From an uncultured bacterium (GTDB lineage: Bacteria > Babelota > Babeliae > Babelales > Babelaceae), in NCBI GenBank assembly GCA_963722385.1, contig CAVRKK010000002.1, positions 64,001-128,000 on the forward strand: a stretch of DNA of 64,000 nucleotides, written 5' to 3'. The notes under the pieces are model-generated. The model ran no database searches. It was not told the DNA's origin and saw only the letters and a program-made list of their open reading frames with translations. The position numbers and the translations under genes were made by a program. This document shows, one piece after another, positions 62,802-64,000 of the stretch; within the stretch, counting starts at the first letter, position 1; each line of letters opens with the position of its first letter.

Positions 62802-64000
62802 ATGAGTAACAACTACTCGGCAGGATCTATACGTATTCTTGAGGGGCTCGAGGCGGTGCGCAAGCGCCCGGCTATGTATATTGGATCTACGGGCACCCAG
62901 GGCCTCCACCACTTGGTTTATGAGATCGTCGATAACTCGGTTGACGAGGCGCTCGCAGGCTACTGCGACCGAATCCTTGTCACCCTGCACCCTGATGGCT
63001 CGTGCTCGGTAGAAGATAATGGCCGCGGCATCCCTACCGATATCCACCCGACCGAAAAAATCTCGGCAGCCGAGGTCGTCTTTACCAAGCTACATGCCGG
63101 GGGCAAGTTTGATAAAGAAACCTACAAGTTCTCAGGCGGCCTGCACGGCGTCGGCGCATCCGTCGTCAACGCCCTATCTGAATGGCTAACGGTCACTATT
63201 TATAAAAATGGCTCGATCCATACCCAGCGCTACGAGCGAGGCAAACCTACTGATAAGCTGCATACTATCGGCACAACCGCCAAACAGGGAACCACCGTAC
63301 GCTTTAAGCCAGACGCTGAAATTTTCCAAGAAACCACCGACTTCAACTTTGACGTGCTCTCAGCACGACTGCGCGAGCTGGCCTTTCTCAACAAAGCGCT
63401 TCACATCGGCATCGTCGACGAGCGTACTGACAAAAGCCACGACTTCTTCTTCGAAGGCGGCATCGCTTCTTTTATTGAACTCGTTAACAGCAAAAAAACA
63501 CCACTCTTTTCTGAGATTATCTCGTGCCACCGCCAGGACGAAAAAACCATTTTCGAATGCGCCCTCCAATACAATGACAGCTATGGCGAGCAACTGTTTT
63601 CATTTGTCAATAACATCAATACCATCGATGGCGGCACGCACGTGACCGGCTTCAAGGCGGCACTTACTAAGGCCTGCAATAAGCGCGGCCAGGAGCTCGG
63701 CATCTTTAAAGACGGCGACACGGTCTCCAGCGAGGACGTCAGGGAAGGCTTGGTTGCCGTTATCAATATGAAGGTCTCTGAGCCCCAGTTTGAAGGACAA
63801 ACAAAAGCAAAGCTCGGCAACAGCGATATCAAAGGCATTGTAGAATCATGGTTTTTTGCCTGCCTTGATACGTACTTCGAAGAGCACCCGGCCATCGCAC
63901 GCAAGATCCTCCAAAAAGCACAGCTTGCGCTTCACGCTCGCGAAGCAGCGCGCAAAGCGCGTGAACTGACACGACGCAAAACAGTGCTTGAGTCGACCGT
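62802..64000 (+). CDS. gyrB: DNA gyrase subunit B, 5' part (runs off window)
   Basis: LEGLEAVRKRPAMYIGST, EIVDNSVDE, DNGRGIP, SGGLHGVGASVVNALS, EPQFEGQTK. Confidence 0.96.
   Translation, partial: MSNNYSAGSIRILEGLEAVRKRPAMYIGSTGTQGLHHLVYEIVDNSVDEALAGYCDRILVTLHPDGSCSVEDNGRGIPTDIHPTEKISAAEVVFTKLHAGGKFDKETYKFSGGLHGVGASVVNALSEWLTVTIYKNGSIHTQRYERGKPTDKLHTIGTTAKQGTTVRFKPDAEIFQETTDFNFDVLSARLRELAFLNKALHIGIVDERTDKSHDFFFEGGIASFIELVNSKKTPLFSEIISCHRQDEKTIFECALQYNDSYGEQLFSFVNNINTIDGGTHVTGFKAALTKACNKRGQELGIFKDGDTVSSEDVREGLVAVINMKVSEPQFEGQTKAKLGNSDIKGIVESWFFACLDTYFEEHPAIARKILQKAQLALHAREAARKARELTRRKTVLEST

Noticed and set aside
62793..63904. Listed ORFs in the gyrB region, and other antisense ORFs within long genes
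   Set aside because: Shadow frames of gyrB, topA, ppsA and similar genes.

Overview
Bacterial window that looks like an intracellular parasite of protists; a Babeliales/Dependentiae (TM6)-like genome is my inference from gene style, not a database result. About 1-52 kb is an AT-rich accessory region. It holds signal-peptide ankyrin proteins, beta-propeller proteins, a three-member HExxH metallopeptidase family with an unnamed ~82-aa repeat, toxin-antitoxin and toxin-immunity relics, many pseudogene fragments, and three IS elements: an IS110 with a readable bridge RNA, a compact TnpB-only IS200/IS605 element, and an IS5 remnant. About 52-64 kb is GC-richer housekeeping sequence (topA, plsC, ppsA, gyrB). 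The strongest unexplained signal is a 350-480 bp non-coding element present four times. It folds into five hairpins inside an 18-bp closing stem, shows compensatory base changes between copies, has strand-specific G·U pairs, and carries nested mini-palindromes. It is a candidate new structured RNA or REPIN-like mobile element.
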